DNA of 64,000 nt, taken from contig NZ_JMCB01000010.1 in assembly GCF_000737315.1 (NCBI RefSeq), positions 1 through 64,000 of the forward strand, given 5' to 3'. Both the position numbers and the translations under genes were made by a program. A model generated the notes under the pieces. It did no database searches. It was not told the origin of the DNA and worked only from the letters and a program-made list of their open reading frames with translations. How positions within the stretch are numbered: the first letter of the stretch is position 1; each line of letters begins with the position of its first letter. Below, piece after piece: positions 1 to 9,439 of the stretch. Source of the DNA: Hyalangium minutum (GTDB lineage: Bacteria; Myxococcota; Myxococcia; Myxococcales; Myxococcaceae).

Positions 1-98
1 CTCACTCAGCAGGTAGAACACGGCACGGCCTACCTGCTCAATAGGGTTCTACTCCGGCTGCTCTCTCCCCAACCAAGTCCCTCCCGGTGAACGGTTAC

Positions 99-248
99 GA
101 CGCCTTTTACAAGGCGGCGATAGCGGCAGGCGGCAAGGACAACGGCGCGCCGGGTTTGCGGCCTCACTACCACCCCAACTACTACGGCGCCTTTGTGCTC
201 GATCCGGACGGTCACAACATCGAGGCCGTGTGTCACGAGGCGCAGTGA
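99..248 (+). pseudogene. C-terminal fragment of a VOC/glyoxalase-family protein
   Basis: Manual translation from 99 gives DAFYKAAIAAGGKDNGAPGLRPHYHPNYYGAFVLDPDGHNIEAVCHEAQ*, the typical VOC C-terminus (YGAFVLDPDGHNIEAV). The in-frame upstream sequence does not resemble the family. Confidence 0.75.
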
Positions 249-270
249 CCTGGCCGAAAGGCCGAGTCAA

Positions 271-487
271 GAATGACTCCGCGTCCTCTCCGCTTCACCC
301 CGCCTTGCTCCCTCTCGGCACGCAGGTGGGGCCCTGGCGCGTGGTGGACTGGGCCGGTAGGGGCGTCAGCCGAGAAGAGTGCGATGCATGGCTCACGGGC
401 CACATGTACCAGGGCGCCTGCTACGTGCCGATCTTCGCCCCCGACGCCCAGCGTCCCAACACCTCTGGCGCGAAGCCGCCTCGGTGA
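271..487 (+). pseudogene. Internally deleted copy of the Ser/Thr kinase gene at 7293-8705
   Basis: NDSASSPLHPALLPLGTQVGPWRVVDWAGRGV (kinase N-terminus) is fused directly to xREECDA..TGHMYQGACYVPIFAPxAQRPNTSGAKPPR* (kinase C-terminus). DNA is near-identical to 7299-7397 and 8583-8705. Confidence 0.92.
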
Positions 488-502
488 TTGAGAGGGATTG
501 GG

Positions 503-551
503 TCCTCCAAGGACCAATTGGTTCCGGAATGCAAGCGCCGCCCCCGTTCTC
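503..551. repeat. Mobile-element end relic (same family as 8721-8768 and 14782-14891)
   Basis: TCCTCCAAGGACCAATTGGTTCCGGAATGCAAGCGCCGCCCCCGTTCT aligns with TCCGCCAAGAACCGACTTGGTCCCGGAATGCAAGCCCCGCCCCCTTGCT at 14782 and with the kinase 3' flank at 8721. Confidence 0.65.
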
Positions 552-583
552 CTCTTGCGAGGCGGTGCACCATTTGGGCCTTT

Positions 584-949
584 TCAGCCCTGGACGATCG
601 TCTTGAAGCCGCCAAACGAGAAGCGCTTCATGTCGAAGGGCATCTTGAACGTCTTGTACTGCTCCGGCTGCATGCGCGGATCTGCATGCACGAGCTTGTT
701 GACGCGGTTCCGGTCGGCTTTCGACTTGTAGATGATGAACGAGAACGCCAGCGTTTCGTCCGGCTTGAGCTTGCACATCTTCTTGAAGGGCATGCCCATT
801 TTTTCCTGCAGGTCGTCGCCGATGCACTCGAAATACTGGAGGGCGCCGTGCTCCATCCAGACTTTGCGACCGATGGTCGCCATCTTCTTGTAGGCTTTGA
901 GGTTCGCCTTCTTGATCGGGATGATGAAACCGTCGACGTACGTAGCCAT
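584..949 (-). CDS. DUF1428 (YbaA-like) domain protein
   Basis: 121 aa, MATYVDGFIIPI...AYKKMA...VWMEHGALQYFEC.GDDL...MPFDMKRFSFGGF, typical of DUF1428; GGAGG RBS upstream. Confidence 0.88.
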   Translation of the reverse strand: MATYVDGFIIPIKKANLKAYKKMATIGRKVWMEHGALQYFECIGDDLQEKMGMPFKKMCKLKPDETLAFSFIIYKSKADRNRVNKLVHADPRMQPEQYKTFKMPFDMKRFSFGGFKTIVQG

Positions 950-1039
950 GTGATCCTCCTCGGGGTTCTTTGCCGTCGGATGCTAACATCCTTGCGTGTA
1001 GTCGACGACAAGGCCCAGCGACCTTCTGTCTCCCGATGA

Positions 1040-1207
1040 TGCCGAGGCCTTCACGAAATCAACGAAGGCTCGCAGTGCCGTCGGGATCTGACGGCGACTG
1101 GGGTAGTAGAGGAAGAAGCCGGGATAGGAGGGGCACCAGTCCTCGAGTGCCCTCACCAGGCGGCCCTGTGCGAGCAGCGTGCTCACCTGCGCCTCGAAGA
1201 CATACGG
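1040..1207 (-). pseudogene. C-terminal fragment of a LysR-family substrate-binding domain
   Basis: YVFEAQVSTLLAQGRLVRALEDWCPSYPGFFLYYPSRRQIPTALRAFVDFVK is the characteristic LysR C-terminus. No HTH or N-terminus is present. Confidence 0.8.
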
Positions 1208-1346
1208 TTGCGGAGTGCGGACAGTCCACTAGGAGCGTGGAGCAGGCGGAGGAGGACGCCGCCAGCAGGGCGCCGGACGGAGTTGGACGTCCGGCACCCT
1301 GCTTGCCCCTCGCCAGCACCCGCGCAACGCGGCCCGAGCCGAGCGG

Positions 1347-1709
1347 TCACGGAGAGTCGCGCCCGCCGATCGCCGGGAAGCGCTCGTAGGCCCGCTTCAG
1401 CGCGTCCAGGTGGGCCGGGTTGTCGAGGTCGAGCGGCGCATCGGTGAGCTGTACGACCCACCCGCCCGACGGCGTGCGACGCGCTCGCGTGAGCAGCTCG
1501 GCATCGCGGGCCGGGTCCGGGAACCTCGACCCACTCATCGCGGTGAGGCAATGCAACGAAGGTTTCCTTTTCAGAAAGCGTCCACCCCAGACGCAAGCCG
1601 GGAATCGCACCTTCCATTCCATGAACGATGGCGAGAGGTCGCCCATCGTCGCCCTTGAGTGCAGGCGCGTAGACGATAATGCCAATACCATTCTGGCTAA
1701 CGGCCACTT
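1347..1709 (-). pseudogene. Internally deleted, frameshifted DUF5953-like immunity gene (paralog of 4308-5063)
   Basis: The N-terminal IIVYAPALKGDDGRPLAIVHGMEGAIPGLRLGW segment and the C-terminal FPDPARDAELLTRARRTPSGGWVVQLTDAPLDLDNPAHLDALKRAYERFPAIGGRDSP* segment lie in different frames, and the middle is missing. Confidence 0.85.
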
Positions 1710-2015
1710 CAGCACCAATCAATGACAACGACTTTGAGGGAGGGATCCGCGAACTTCAGAGCGGTCTTGTGCGCTTCGCTGCGCATCAATCCCCTCTTGG
1801 ATGGCGGCTGCCACCACCACCGCACCAACAACAACTCCTGCACCGACGACAATCTCGGGCGCGGCAAAGATACAGAGGGCCACGACTGCGGGGGCGGCTG
1901 CATCCGCGGAGGCAACGGCGCATCGTTTGGTGACATCTCGGAACCTGACCCTGTCGCGATCGAGCGCGTGAAAGCACCTCTCTGCCAAGATCGGCCATTC
2001 GTTCGAGGCATCGCG
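1709..2015 (-). pseudogene. 5'-truncated, internally deleted DUF6310-like toxin gene (paralog of 3403-4311)
   Basis: DASNEWPILAERCFHALDRDRVRFRD...AAIQEGIDA matches the intact toxin N-terminal region. It then jumps, in another frame, to SEAHKTALKFADPSLKVVVIDWC*, which is homologous to the toxin C-terminus. Confidence 0.85.
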
Positions 2016-2154
2016 TGCGGTGACGAGGACCTGGTGGACCATGAGACGCTGCGGAACGACCCGCTGCTTGCAGCCGTGGTGGGAGACAAGTCTCCTGGCG
2101 GCCGGGCCAGGACGTTAGGGTACGGTGCTGAGCACCTTCCACTCCGAGGAGCCG

Positions 2155-3306
2155 ATGAAGAAAAAGGGACCGCAGGGCAAGGAGGAACGGCCGCCGCCCA
2201 CCGCCGGGCCGTCCGGGCCCCCACTGGGGGAGCCGTTCAGGTGGCGCTCGGAAAGTGACGAGCCCACGCCGGCACGCCTCTCGCCGGTGGACGATCGGCT
2301 CAGCGCCGACGCGGCACTCAAGCGCGTCCGGCGCGGCGAGTACCTGCTGTACACCGGCGACTTCCACAATGCGAAGCAGCTGCTCGGCGCCATGGGCCGC
2401 CGGCTCTCGCGCCCGGCGGGGGCTGGCTCGCTGCTGGAGGCGTTCCGGGCGGAGCGACGCGCACGGCAGCTGGAGCACGAGACGCTGTCACGCATCGTGG
2501 TCGCGCTCGACCGGGACTACCGATTGGGGCTGGCACGGGCGCCGGACGTGGCTCAGGCGTGCCGCCAGGTGTGGGGCGAGCCCGAACTCGCCACCACCGT
2601 CGTCCCGCTCAAGCAGCTGCTCGGAATGCTCGGGGCTGCGGAGTGGAGGCGCAAGGGCCTGGCCGTTCCTGGCCTCAAGGGCCTGCTCCACCCGCACTAT
2701 GGCGTCTACCTGCCGACCCGCACCGACTACGCGGAACTGCTGCTCCCGCTGCCACAGGTGAAGGGCAAGCGCGTGTTCGATGTGGGGACTGGGACTGGCG
2801 TGCTCTCGTTTCTGCTCCTCCAGAGCGGAGCGGTCTCCGTAGTGGCCACCGACTGCGACGCCCGGGCAGTGGCCTGTGCGCGAGAGAACGCACAGCGACT
2901 GGGCCTTGCGAACCGCTTCCAGGGGGTGGAGACCGATCTCTTCCCCGAGGGCAGGGCGGACCTCGTGGTCAGCAACCCTCCGTGGATCCCCGAGCCTCCC
3001 AAGAATCGGGTGGACCGCGCGGTGTTTGACGAGGACAACCTCTTCCTGCGGCGCTTCCTGGAAGGGCTCACCGCTCACCTCGAGCCCGGCGGAGAGGGCT
3101 TGCTCCTCCTGTCCAACCTGGCGGTGCTGCTGGGCCTGCGCCCGGCAGGCTGGCTCGACGAGCAGCTCGCGCGCTGCGGACTGACCGTCAAGTGGACCCG
3201 GTCCACCCAGGCGCGGCACTCCAAGGCGAGGGACCGGTCGGATCCGCTGCACGCCGCGCGCTCGCGCGAGGTCACCACGCTCTACTGCCTGGCGCCTGCG
3301 CCTTGA
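2155..3306 (+). CDS. Class I SAM-dependent methyltransferase (HemK/MTS-like C-terminal domain)
   Basis: VFDVGTGTGVLS motif I and NPPW motif IV; ATG at 2155 follows a GAGGAG RBS. Confidence 0.85.
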   Translation: MKKKGPQGKEERPPPTAGPSGPPLGEPFRWRSESDEPTPARLSPVDDRLSADAALKRVRRGEYLLYTGDFHNAKQLLGAMGRRLSRPAGAGSLLEAFRAERRARQLEHETLSRIVVALDRDYRLGLARAPDVAQACRQVWGEPELATTVVPLKQLLGMLGAAEWRRKGLAVPGLKGLLHPHYGVYLPTRTDYAELLLPLPQVKGKRVFDVGTGTGVLSFLLLQSGAVSVVATDCDARAVACARENAQRLGLANRFQGVETDLFPEGRADLVVSNPPWIPEPPKNRVDRAVFDEDNLFLRRFLEGLTAHLEPGGEGLLLLSNLAVLLGLRPAGWLDEQLARCGLTVKWTRSTQARHSKARDRSDPLHAARSREVTTLYCLAPAP

Positions 3307-3358
3307 GCACCGCGGGTAGCACAAGGCAGAGGTATTCACCGCAGGTCCTCTTTAGTTG

Positions 3359-3376
3359 ACACTGTACCCACAGTGT
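3359..3376. promoter_or_regulatory. Palindrome ACACTGT-ACCC-ACAGTGT upstream of the toxin gene, candidate operator
   Basis: Perfect 7-bp inverted arms, overlapping a TTGACA hexamer (3356-3361), ~27 bp before the ATG at 3403. Confidence 0.4.
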
Positions 3377-3402
3377 GAACTCCCGCGCCTGATTGAAAGG
3401 AC

Positions 3403-4311
3403 ATGGCCATGCGCATCCGAACGTGCCACGCCCCCCTGCTGCTGCTTCTCTCGGCCTGCGCCACGATGGATCCGAGCCTGGGCGAAACGGAGGATCCGAG
3501 TCCGAGGTACGCCAATCTTCAGCGGGCGGCACTGTACCCCTGGACAGATGATGGGCAGTGCGTGGTGCGCGAAGCCTCCAACGAATGGCCCATCCTTGCG
3601 AAGCGGTGCTTTCACGCGCTCGATCGCGACAGGGTCAGGTTTCGGGATGTCAACAAAAAGTGCGCCATTGCCTCCGTGGATGCAGCCGCTCCCGCAGTCG
3701 TAGCCCTCTGTATCTTTGCCGCGCCCGAGATCGTCGCGGGTGCAGTGATTGTGATTGGCGCGGTGGTGGTGGCAGCCGCCGTCCAAGAGGGGATTGATGC
3801 TTATCAACGGCACGCAGACCGCGAGCGAGCGGAACTCAGGACGCAACCGACACCCGCTGAGGAGCCGTTAGCGAACCAAACACCTAAGCCAAAGGGGTCG
3901 CCCACTGGAGACATCTTCCCAGTACCAGACGCCAACCCGCGCCGCCCGGAGTGCGAGGCCATCCCGGTACCGCGCGCATCCAAAGATAATCCGCATAACG
4001 AGTGCGCCGACACGTTTCCGCCCAACCGTTATCCCGGCAGGGACGTGCGCGTGGGAGGAATACGCTTTGATGCGCTGCAAGTCGGCGTGCGCGTGCTCTG
4101 GGAGATCAAGACCCATCAATTTGATAAGTACAATGCCTTCGTCCAGGGCATGGAGATCAAGAAGGAACTCAAGCAAATCCCAAAGGAGCGAGCCATCGCC
4201 CTGGCATGTGGATATGACTTCGTTGTTGGGGTGAGCACCCTGGAGCACAAAAAAGCACTGATGGAAGCGGATTCCTCGCTCCATGTCGTCGTCACGGGAT
4301 GCACACGATGA
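3403..4311 (+). CDS. Lipoprotein with C-terminal PD-(D/E)xK nuclease-like domain (DUF6310-like polymorphic toxin)
   Basis: Lipobox LLSAC at residue 19, a hydrophobic AVVALCIFAAPEIVAGAVIVIGAVVVAAAV segment, and a C-terminal FDALQ...LWEIKT motif. Confidence 0.75.
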   Translation: MAMRIRTCHAPLLLLLSACATMDPSLGETEDPSPRYANLQRAALYPWTDDGQCVVREASNEWPILAKRCFHALDRDRVRFRDVNKKCAIASVDAAAPAVVALCIFAAPEIVAGAVIVIGAVVVAAAVQEGIDAYQRHADRERAELRTQPTPAEEPLANQTPKPKGSPTGDIFPVPDANPRRPECEAIPVPRASKDNPHNECADTFPPNRYPGRDVRVGGIRFDALQVGVRVLWEIKTHQFDKYNAFVQGMEIKKELKQIPKERAIALACGYDFVVGVSTLEHKKALMEADSSLHVVVTGCTR

Positions 4312-5063
4312 CCACGCCTAGAGCCCTTACCCTCATCGTCTACGCACCTGCACTCGGGGGCAAAGACGGTCGCACGGTCGACGTCATCCATGGGATGGAA
4401 AAGGCGCTCCCGGGCTTGCGTCTGGAATGGCGGCTCTCCGCTGGAGGGCGCCCCATCCCATTACCACAGCGCGATGCATGGCTCCTAGAAAGCATTGAAG
4501 ACGGGGAGTTTCCGATTGTGTGCAACGGGGACGTGAGTTCCCCCGTGACAGTTGATGGAAGGGAAAGGCCGGGACTCCTCAGCCCAGGCGGTCAGCCCAT
4601 GTTTGAAGTCCATGCAAAAATGCCACTGGACGAGCCTGTGATCGCGGCAGCGGCGGCTGTGCTTGAAGCCGTGGCGGAGGGCGCACGCGCGTTCTGGGGG
4701 CATGCGTCGCCCTATGGTTACGGCTCGGAAGTCGCGCAGCAGTATCGCCACTCGACTCATGCACCAGAGGTCTCACCCCGTGGACTTCCCACGCTTAACC
4801 TTCCACAGAAGCTCCCCTCGCCTGAGATTCCCTGTTTCCTCGGGTGGCTGAACTACTGGTCTGCCGCTGCTGCACGCGCCATCGGATTCCCAGACCCCTC
4901 GCGCGACGGCGAACTGCTCACACGGGCGCGGCGCACGGCGTCGGGCGGGGGGGTCGTGCAGCTCACCGATGCGCCGCTCGACCTCGACAACCCGGCCCAC
5001 CTGGACGCGCTGAAACGGGCCTACGAGCGCTTCCCTGTGATCGGCGGGCGCGACTCTCCGTGA
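4308..5063 (+). CDS. DUF5953-like protein, putative cognate immunity protein
   Basis: ATGA overlap with the toxin stop codon; MTTPRALTLIVYAPAL...LGWLNYWS...QLTDAPLDLDNPAHLDALKRAYERFP.IGGR. Confidence 0.75.
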   Translation: MTTPRALTLIVYAPALGGKDGRTVDVIHGMEKALPGLRLEWRLSAGGRPIPLPQRDAWLLESIEDGEFPIVCNGDVSSPVTVDGRERPGLLSPGGQPMFEVHAKMPLDEPVIAAAAAVLEAVAEGARAFWGHASPYGYGSEVAQQYRHSTHAPEVSPRGLPTLNLPQKLPSPEIPCFLGWLNYWSAAAARAIGFPDPSRDGELLTRARRTASGGGVVQLTDAPLDLDNPAHLDALKRAYERFPVIGGRDSP

Positions 5064-5283
5064 CCGCTCGGCTCGGGGCGCGCTGCGCGGGCGCTGGCGA
5101 TGGTAGAGAGGCCCACTGCGGTGCCGGTGTGACTCAGCTTACGGACAGACCCACTTGAACGTGGCCGAGCATGCACCGTAGCCACCATGGTGACGGCGAA
5201 GAGCGCTGCGAACACGTGCTTCATGAACTTCTCCTTGGAAGGAGTAGGAAGAAACCCCGGACTGCTGGGGAAGGAGCCGGACT

Positions 5284-6495
5284 TTAGTCCCCTTCTGGGC
5301 CCGAGCCCCACTCCTTGAGCTTCTTGAACAGCGAGGAGCGCGCCAGGCCCAGCTCCTTGGCCGCCCGGCCCTTGTGGTGGTCGCAGCGTTTCAGCGAGCT
5401 CTCGATGAGCTGCCGCTCCAACTTCCCCAGCATCTGCTCCAACGTCACCCCCGCAGGCAGCTCCAGCGGCGGCGGACGGCCCGGAACCTCGGGAACGCGC
5501 GCGCTCGCGCCGCTCCCACCGGCTTCACCTCCCCGCTCTCCAGCACCCGCAGCAGCTTGGCCTGCTGCTCCAGCGTCAGCTCCCCCACCTCGTCCAGGAA
5601 CAGCGTGCCCCCATCCGCCTCCTCGAAGGCCCCCTTGCGCCGCATGTCCGCCCCCGTGAAGGCCCCCTTCTCGTGCCCAAACAGCTCGCTCTCCACCAGC
5701 GCCGGCGAGAGCGTCGCGCAGTTGAGCGCGATGAAGGGCTTGCCCTCCCGCGGAGAGCACGCATGCAGCGCCTTCGCCACCAGCTCCTTGCCCGTGCCAC
5801 TCTCCCCCAGCACCGTCACCACCACCGGCGCCGGCCCCACTCGCCGCACCCACTCCACCACCTCTCTCAGCGCAGGGTCCGTCCCCACCAGCCCGTGGAA
5901 GCCCTCCGGCTCCACCCCCGCGCTTTGCGCCTCGAAGCGCAGCTCCGCCTCGCCCACCTGCAGCACCGTGCCCAGCGGCACCTCCGCCTCCAACACCCTC
6001 ACCCCGGCCAGGTACGTGCCGTTGGTCGAGTTCAAGTCCCTCACGTGGAAGCCCGCCGCGCTCCGCTCCACCTCCAAGTGCCGGCTGGAGATGTACTTGT
6101 CCTGGATGACCAGCGCATTGCCCGGGGCCTTGCCCACCGTGAACCGGCCGGGGTCCGGCGTGTACACGCGCTCGGTGGTGCCCTGCTTCACACGCACTTG
6201 GGCGGGCGGCAGGCCCTCCGCCTTGACGGCGTCGCGCGGCTGCAGCTCCGTGCCCCGCTTCGTCCACGTGCCGCCCTCCCCGCCTCGGGTGCCGCGCTCC
6301 CGGAACAGCGCGACCCACGGGCCCAGTTGCGCGTCCACTCCATCCTCCAGCTCGCCGCGCCGCACCCGCTGGCCCGCCACCACCGTCCCTTGGCCCGACA
6401 AGTCCTCGAGCACCCACCGCGCACCTTCCCGCCGCAGCGCCGCCTGCTGACGGCTCACGCGTGGATCTGGAATGACGATGTCACTCCCCGCGCCA
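5284..6495 (-). pseudogene. FHA-FHA-sigma54 (AAA+)-HTH activator, 5'-truncated and internally deleted
   Basis: Two FHA motifs (VSRQQA, ISSRH...LNSTNGT), Walker A GESGTGKE, ELFGHEKGAFTGA and LFLDEVGEL. The AAA+ domain stops after KPVGAAR and joins out of frame to the Fis-type HTH (HHKGRAAKELGLARSSLFKKLKEW). Confidence 0.85.
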
Positions 6496-6500
6496 TCCCG

Positions 6501-7184
6501 GAGGACTCCACCCTGGAGCAGCTGCGCACCGAGCTGCTCGGGCTGATGTCCCAGGAGAACTCCAACCATCACCGCATGGGGGAGATCTACAACCACATCG
6601 TGGAGAAGAAGCTGGCGGAGAAGGCCGACTACAAAGACGCGCCGGAGTACTTCCGCAAGCACCTGGCGGACCTGTCCGTGGCGACACTGAAGACGTACGG
6701 GGTGGTGGCGGAGAACTTCAGTGAGCCGGTGGCGAGGCGCTTCGGCGTCACGTGCCTGTCGCTGCTGGTGACGTACACGGAGGCGGCCGGGCTGGAGCTG
6801 AACCACGAGGAGCCGGGCCCTACGCCTATCGAGGTGCCAGACGAGAACGGGCATGTCACCGAGCAGCCGTTCGGCGCGTGCAGCGTGGACCAGATGCGCC
6901 GGGCGCTGCAGCGCAAGCGCAGGCCCACCTCCACCAAGCCCCTGCCTCCGGAGAAGGTGGCGCTGGCCGAGCAGTACTCCGAGGCGGTGGCGCAGCGCTT
7001 CCCCAAGGGCAAGGGCGCTCGGGTGAAGGTGCTGCTGCGCAACGAGAAGGGCAAGGCGGTGGTGGACTTCAAGGGCATCCCCTTGGAGCAGGTGCTCCAG
7101 CTCGTCGAGGCGCTCTCCGCCGAGCTGCCCCCGCTCTCCGAGTCCTCGGGGTCGCCGCTGCCGCTGCCGGTCCGGACGTCCTAG
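6501..7184 (+). CDS. Myxobacterial hypothetical protein ('family X'), probably 5'-truncated
   Basis: Strong GC3 codon bias: EDSTLEQLRTELLGLMSQE...FSEPVARRFGVTCLSLL...EEPGPTPIEVP...CSVDQMRRALQRKRRP. First in-frame ATG at 6546; homologous fragments at 18.3 and 61.3 kb. Confidence 0.65.
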   Translation, partial: EDSTLEQLRTELLGLMSQENSNHHRMGEIYNHIVEKKLAEKADYKDAPEYFRKHLADLSVATLKTYGVVAENFSEPVARRFGVTCLSLLVTYTEAAGLELNHEEPGPTPIEVPDENGHVTEQPFGACSVDQMRRALQRKRRPTSTKPLPPEKVALAEQYSEAVAQRFPKGKGARVKVLLRNEKGKAVVDFKGIPLEQVLQLVEALSAELPPLSESSGSPLPLPVRTS

Positions 7185-7203
7185 CCACGCCCCCGTGAGT
7201 CAC

Positions 7204-7236
7204 GGCCCCGCGTTCCCGCAGAGGGGACGCGGGGCC
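7204..7236. terminator. GC-rich hairpin downstream of the family X gene
   Basis: GGCCCCGCGTTCCC-GCAGA-GGGGACGCGGGGCC, a 14-bp stem with one G-U pair. Confidence 0.55.
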
Positions 7237-7262
7237 TCCCTGCATGAGTCACCTGACGAGCG

Positions 7263-7279
7263 CCTACCTTTCAGGTAGG
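7263..7279. promoter_or_regulatory. Palindrome CCTACCT-TTC-AGGTAGG immediately upstream of the kinase, candidate operator
   Basis: Perfect 7-bp inverted arms ending 13 bp before the ATG at 7293. Confidence 0.45.
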
Positions 7280-7292
7280 ATTGACGCCACTC

Positions 7293-8705
7293 ATGCTGAA
7301 TGACTCCGCGTCCTCTCCGCTTCACCCCGCCTTGCTCCCTCTCGGCACGCAGGTGGGGCCCTGGCGCGTGGTGGACTGGGCCGGTAGGGGCGTCAACGGC
7401 GCCGTCTACCGCGCCGTCCGCATCGGCCAGGAGCACCTGCCTCCCGTCGCCCTCAAGGTGGCCATGCTGCCGGAGGATCCTCGCTATGGCCGCGAGCGGG
7501 AGCTGCTCTCGCGCACGCTGCACCCCCACATTCCCCGGCTGGTGGACTCCGGCTTCTGGGTGAGCCCTACCGGCGCGCGCCACCCTTTTGTAGCCATGGA
7601 GTGGGTGGATGGCGTGCCCCTCTATGACTGGGCTCGCATGTTCCGTCCCTCGGCGGCGCAGCAATTGAGGCTGCTGGCGCAGGTGGCACTCACCCTCCAG
7701 TACCTCCATGTGCAGGACGCGCTCCACCGCGACTTGAAGGGCGCCAACCTCCTGATCCGCCGCTTTGACAACCGGCTGTTCGTCACTGACTTCGGCTCCG
7801 GCATCTACCCGGACGCGACCTCGCTCACTCCTCAGCAGCTGCCCCCGGGCACTCCCGCCTATCGCTCCCCCGAGGCTTGGCTCTTCACCCAGCGCCACCG
7901 CCTCTCCTCGGAGCGCTACCGCCCTGGCCCTGCGGATGACGTGTTCGCCTTGGGCGTCACCGCCTGCGTGCTCGCCACCGGCAAGTACCCGGAGATGGGT
8001 GACCTCCAGAAGGATGCGCAGGGCCACGGGTACCTGGATTCGCTGAGGCTGCCTCGGGCCTTGTTCTCGGCCCGGGTGGAGCCGCCGCTGCGCGAGCTCA
8101 TTCTGCACATGCTCGCCATCCGCCCCGAGGAGCGCATCACCGCCGCTGAGCTGGCACCTGCGCTGGAGCGCGCCGCGGACTCGCTCCACTCGCCCTCCCC
8201 TGCTGCCTCCGCCGCCCCTTCCGCCCAGCCTGCGCAGCCCGCGCGCCGCCACCGCCTGGCCCACGCAGCCACCTCGGGAGCGTTCCTCGCCAGGGCGGCG
8301 GGAGTGGCCCTGCTGCTCCTGCTGGGAGTTCGCGATGGTGCTGGGCCTGCTCCAGACGCCGAGCCCCTCGCCGCTGGCGCGAGCCCGTCCGAGGGTGCGC
8401 CCGCGGGCCTTGGCGAGACGGCGGCTTCCGCCTCCCCCACCGCTTCCCCTCCTTCCTCCTCCCAGCCCGTGGCCGCGGACACGCTTCCCGAGCCCTACGA
8501 GGGACAGACTCAGCCCGACAAGAAGGGCCGATGCCCCCATCCCCGGCAGGTCGTTCTCAACGGAGTCTGCTGGTCACGCATAGGCGTCAACCGGGAAGAG
8601 TGCGACGCGTCCACGGGCCACATGTACCAGGGCGCCTGCTACGTGCCGATCTTCGCCCCCGGCGCCCAGCGTCCCAACACCTCTGGCGCGAAGCCGCCCC
8701 GGTGA
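7293..8705 (+). CDS. Hanks-type Ser/Thr protein kinase with hydrophobic segment and Cys-rich C-terminus
   Basis: GRGVNGAVY, VALK, HRDLKGANLL, DFG, GTPAYRSPE and DVFALG motifs; C-terminal CPHP...CW...EC...GACYVP. Confidence 0.93.
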   Translation: MLNDSASSPLHPALLPLGTQVGPWRVVDWAGRGVNGAVYRAVRIGQEHLPPVALKVAMLPEDPRYGRERELLSRTLHPHIPRLVDSGFWVSPTGARHPFVAMEWVDGVPLYDWARMFRPSAAQQLRLLAQVALTLQYLHVQDALHRDLKGANLLIRRFDNRLFVTDFGSGIYPDATSLTPQQLPPGTPAYRSPEAWLFTQRHRLSSERYRPGPADDVFALGVTACVLATGKYPEMGDLQKDAQGHGYLDSLRLPRALFSARVEPPLRELILHMLAIRPEERITAAELAPALERAADSLHSPSPAASAAPSAQPAQPARRHRLAHAATSGAFLARAAGVALLLLLGVRDGAGPAPDAEPLAAGASPSEGAPAGLGETAASASPTASPPSSSQPVAADTLPEPYEGQTQPDKKGRCPHPRQVVLNGVCWSRIGVNREECDASTGHMYQGACYVPIFAPGAQRPNTSGAKPPR

Positions 8706-8720
8706 TTGAGAGGGGTTGGG

Positions 8721-8768
8721 TCCTCCCAGAACGCCGCCCCCGTTCTCAGAAGGCAGCGTCTTGCATGG
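8721..8768. repeat. Mobile-element end relic after the kinase
   Basis: TCCTCCCAGAACGCCGCCCCCGTTCTCAGAAGGCAGCGTCTTGCATGG is a shortened version of the 503-551 and 14782-14891 elements. Confidence 0.55.
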
Positions 8769-8878
8769 CTCTGCGCAGTCCTCCCGGCCCTGTCGCTGCC
8801 GCCAGCCTCCGCGGGATCAGGTAGCTCAGCTCGCCTCCATACGAGGTGCCTATCAGTGCCAGGCGCGGTAGGCCCACA

Positions 8879-9422
8879 GGCCGCAAGGTGATACACTCCT
8901 GGGTGCGGTCCAGAAGCTTCGTCTCGTCGAGGAAGGACCTGTGGGGATGATCGGTATCCCTCGAATCACCAAGCTCTCGCTGGAGCAGCGCGCTCCGCGA
9001 GCCCTCGTGATGCAGCTGATTCTGTCAGCCCTCCTGCTGGCCGCAGCGCCCTATGCCGCATCCATGGAGCCATTCCAACGCATCTTCATCGACGGCTCTT
9101 ACGACGCGCCTCACTCTCAGGATCCGTTGTTCCTGGCGAAGGCCGGGCTCGTCGCTGGCGGTCTGCTGATCCCGGTTGTCTCTGTCCTGTTGACCGTCAC
9201 CTCATGGAGGCGGTGGACGACGCACCCGGGTCCTGCGCTGCTTCAGTCGGCGCTGCTGCTCCTCACATTCGTCGTGGGGTGGCGGAACTATCCCTATTGG
9301 GCGACTGGCGTGTACCGGGCCTACTCGAGTTCCCCTCCAGGTTGTGCCGGGTGATGCCATCGAACAGGGTCGCCAGAGACGTATGCGGCGTTCAGACGGC
9401 CGGCCGTGCTGATGAACTTCGG
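8879..9422 (+). pseudogene. Truncated duplicate of the 18475-19447 segment (membrane protein 5' half plus flank)
   Basis: 8879-9324 is near-identical to 18475-18918; 9324-9334 equals 19239-19249; 9332-9422 matches 19356-19447. Confidence 0.92.
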
Positions 9423-9439
9423 GCGGCCTGCCCCGGTAC

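Noticed and set aside
5021-5311. 96-aa ORF with a signal-peptide-like MKHVFAALFAVTMVATVHA segment
   Set aside because: The C-terminal part is just the antisense of the immunity gene end. It may be a gene scrap, but a product cannot be supported.
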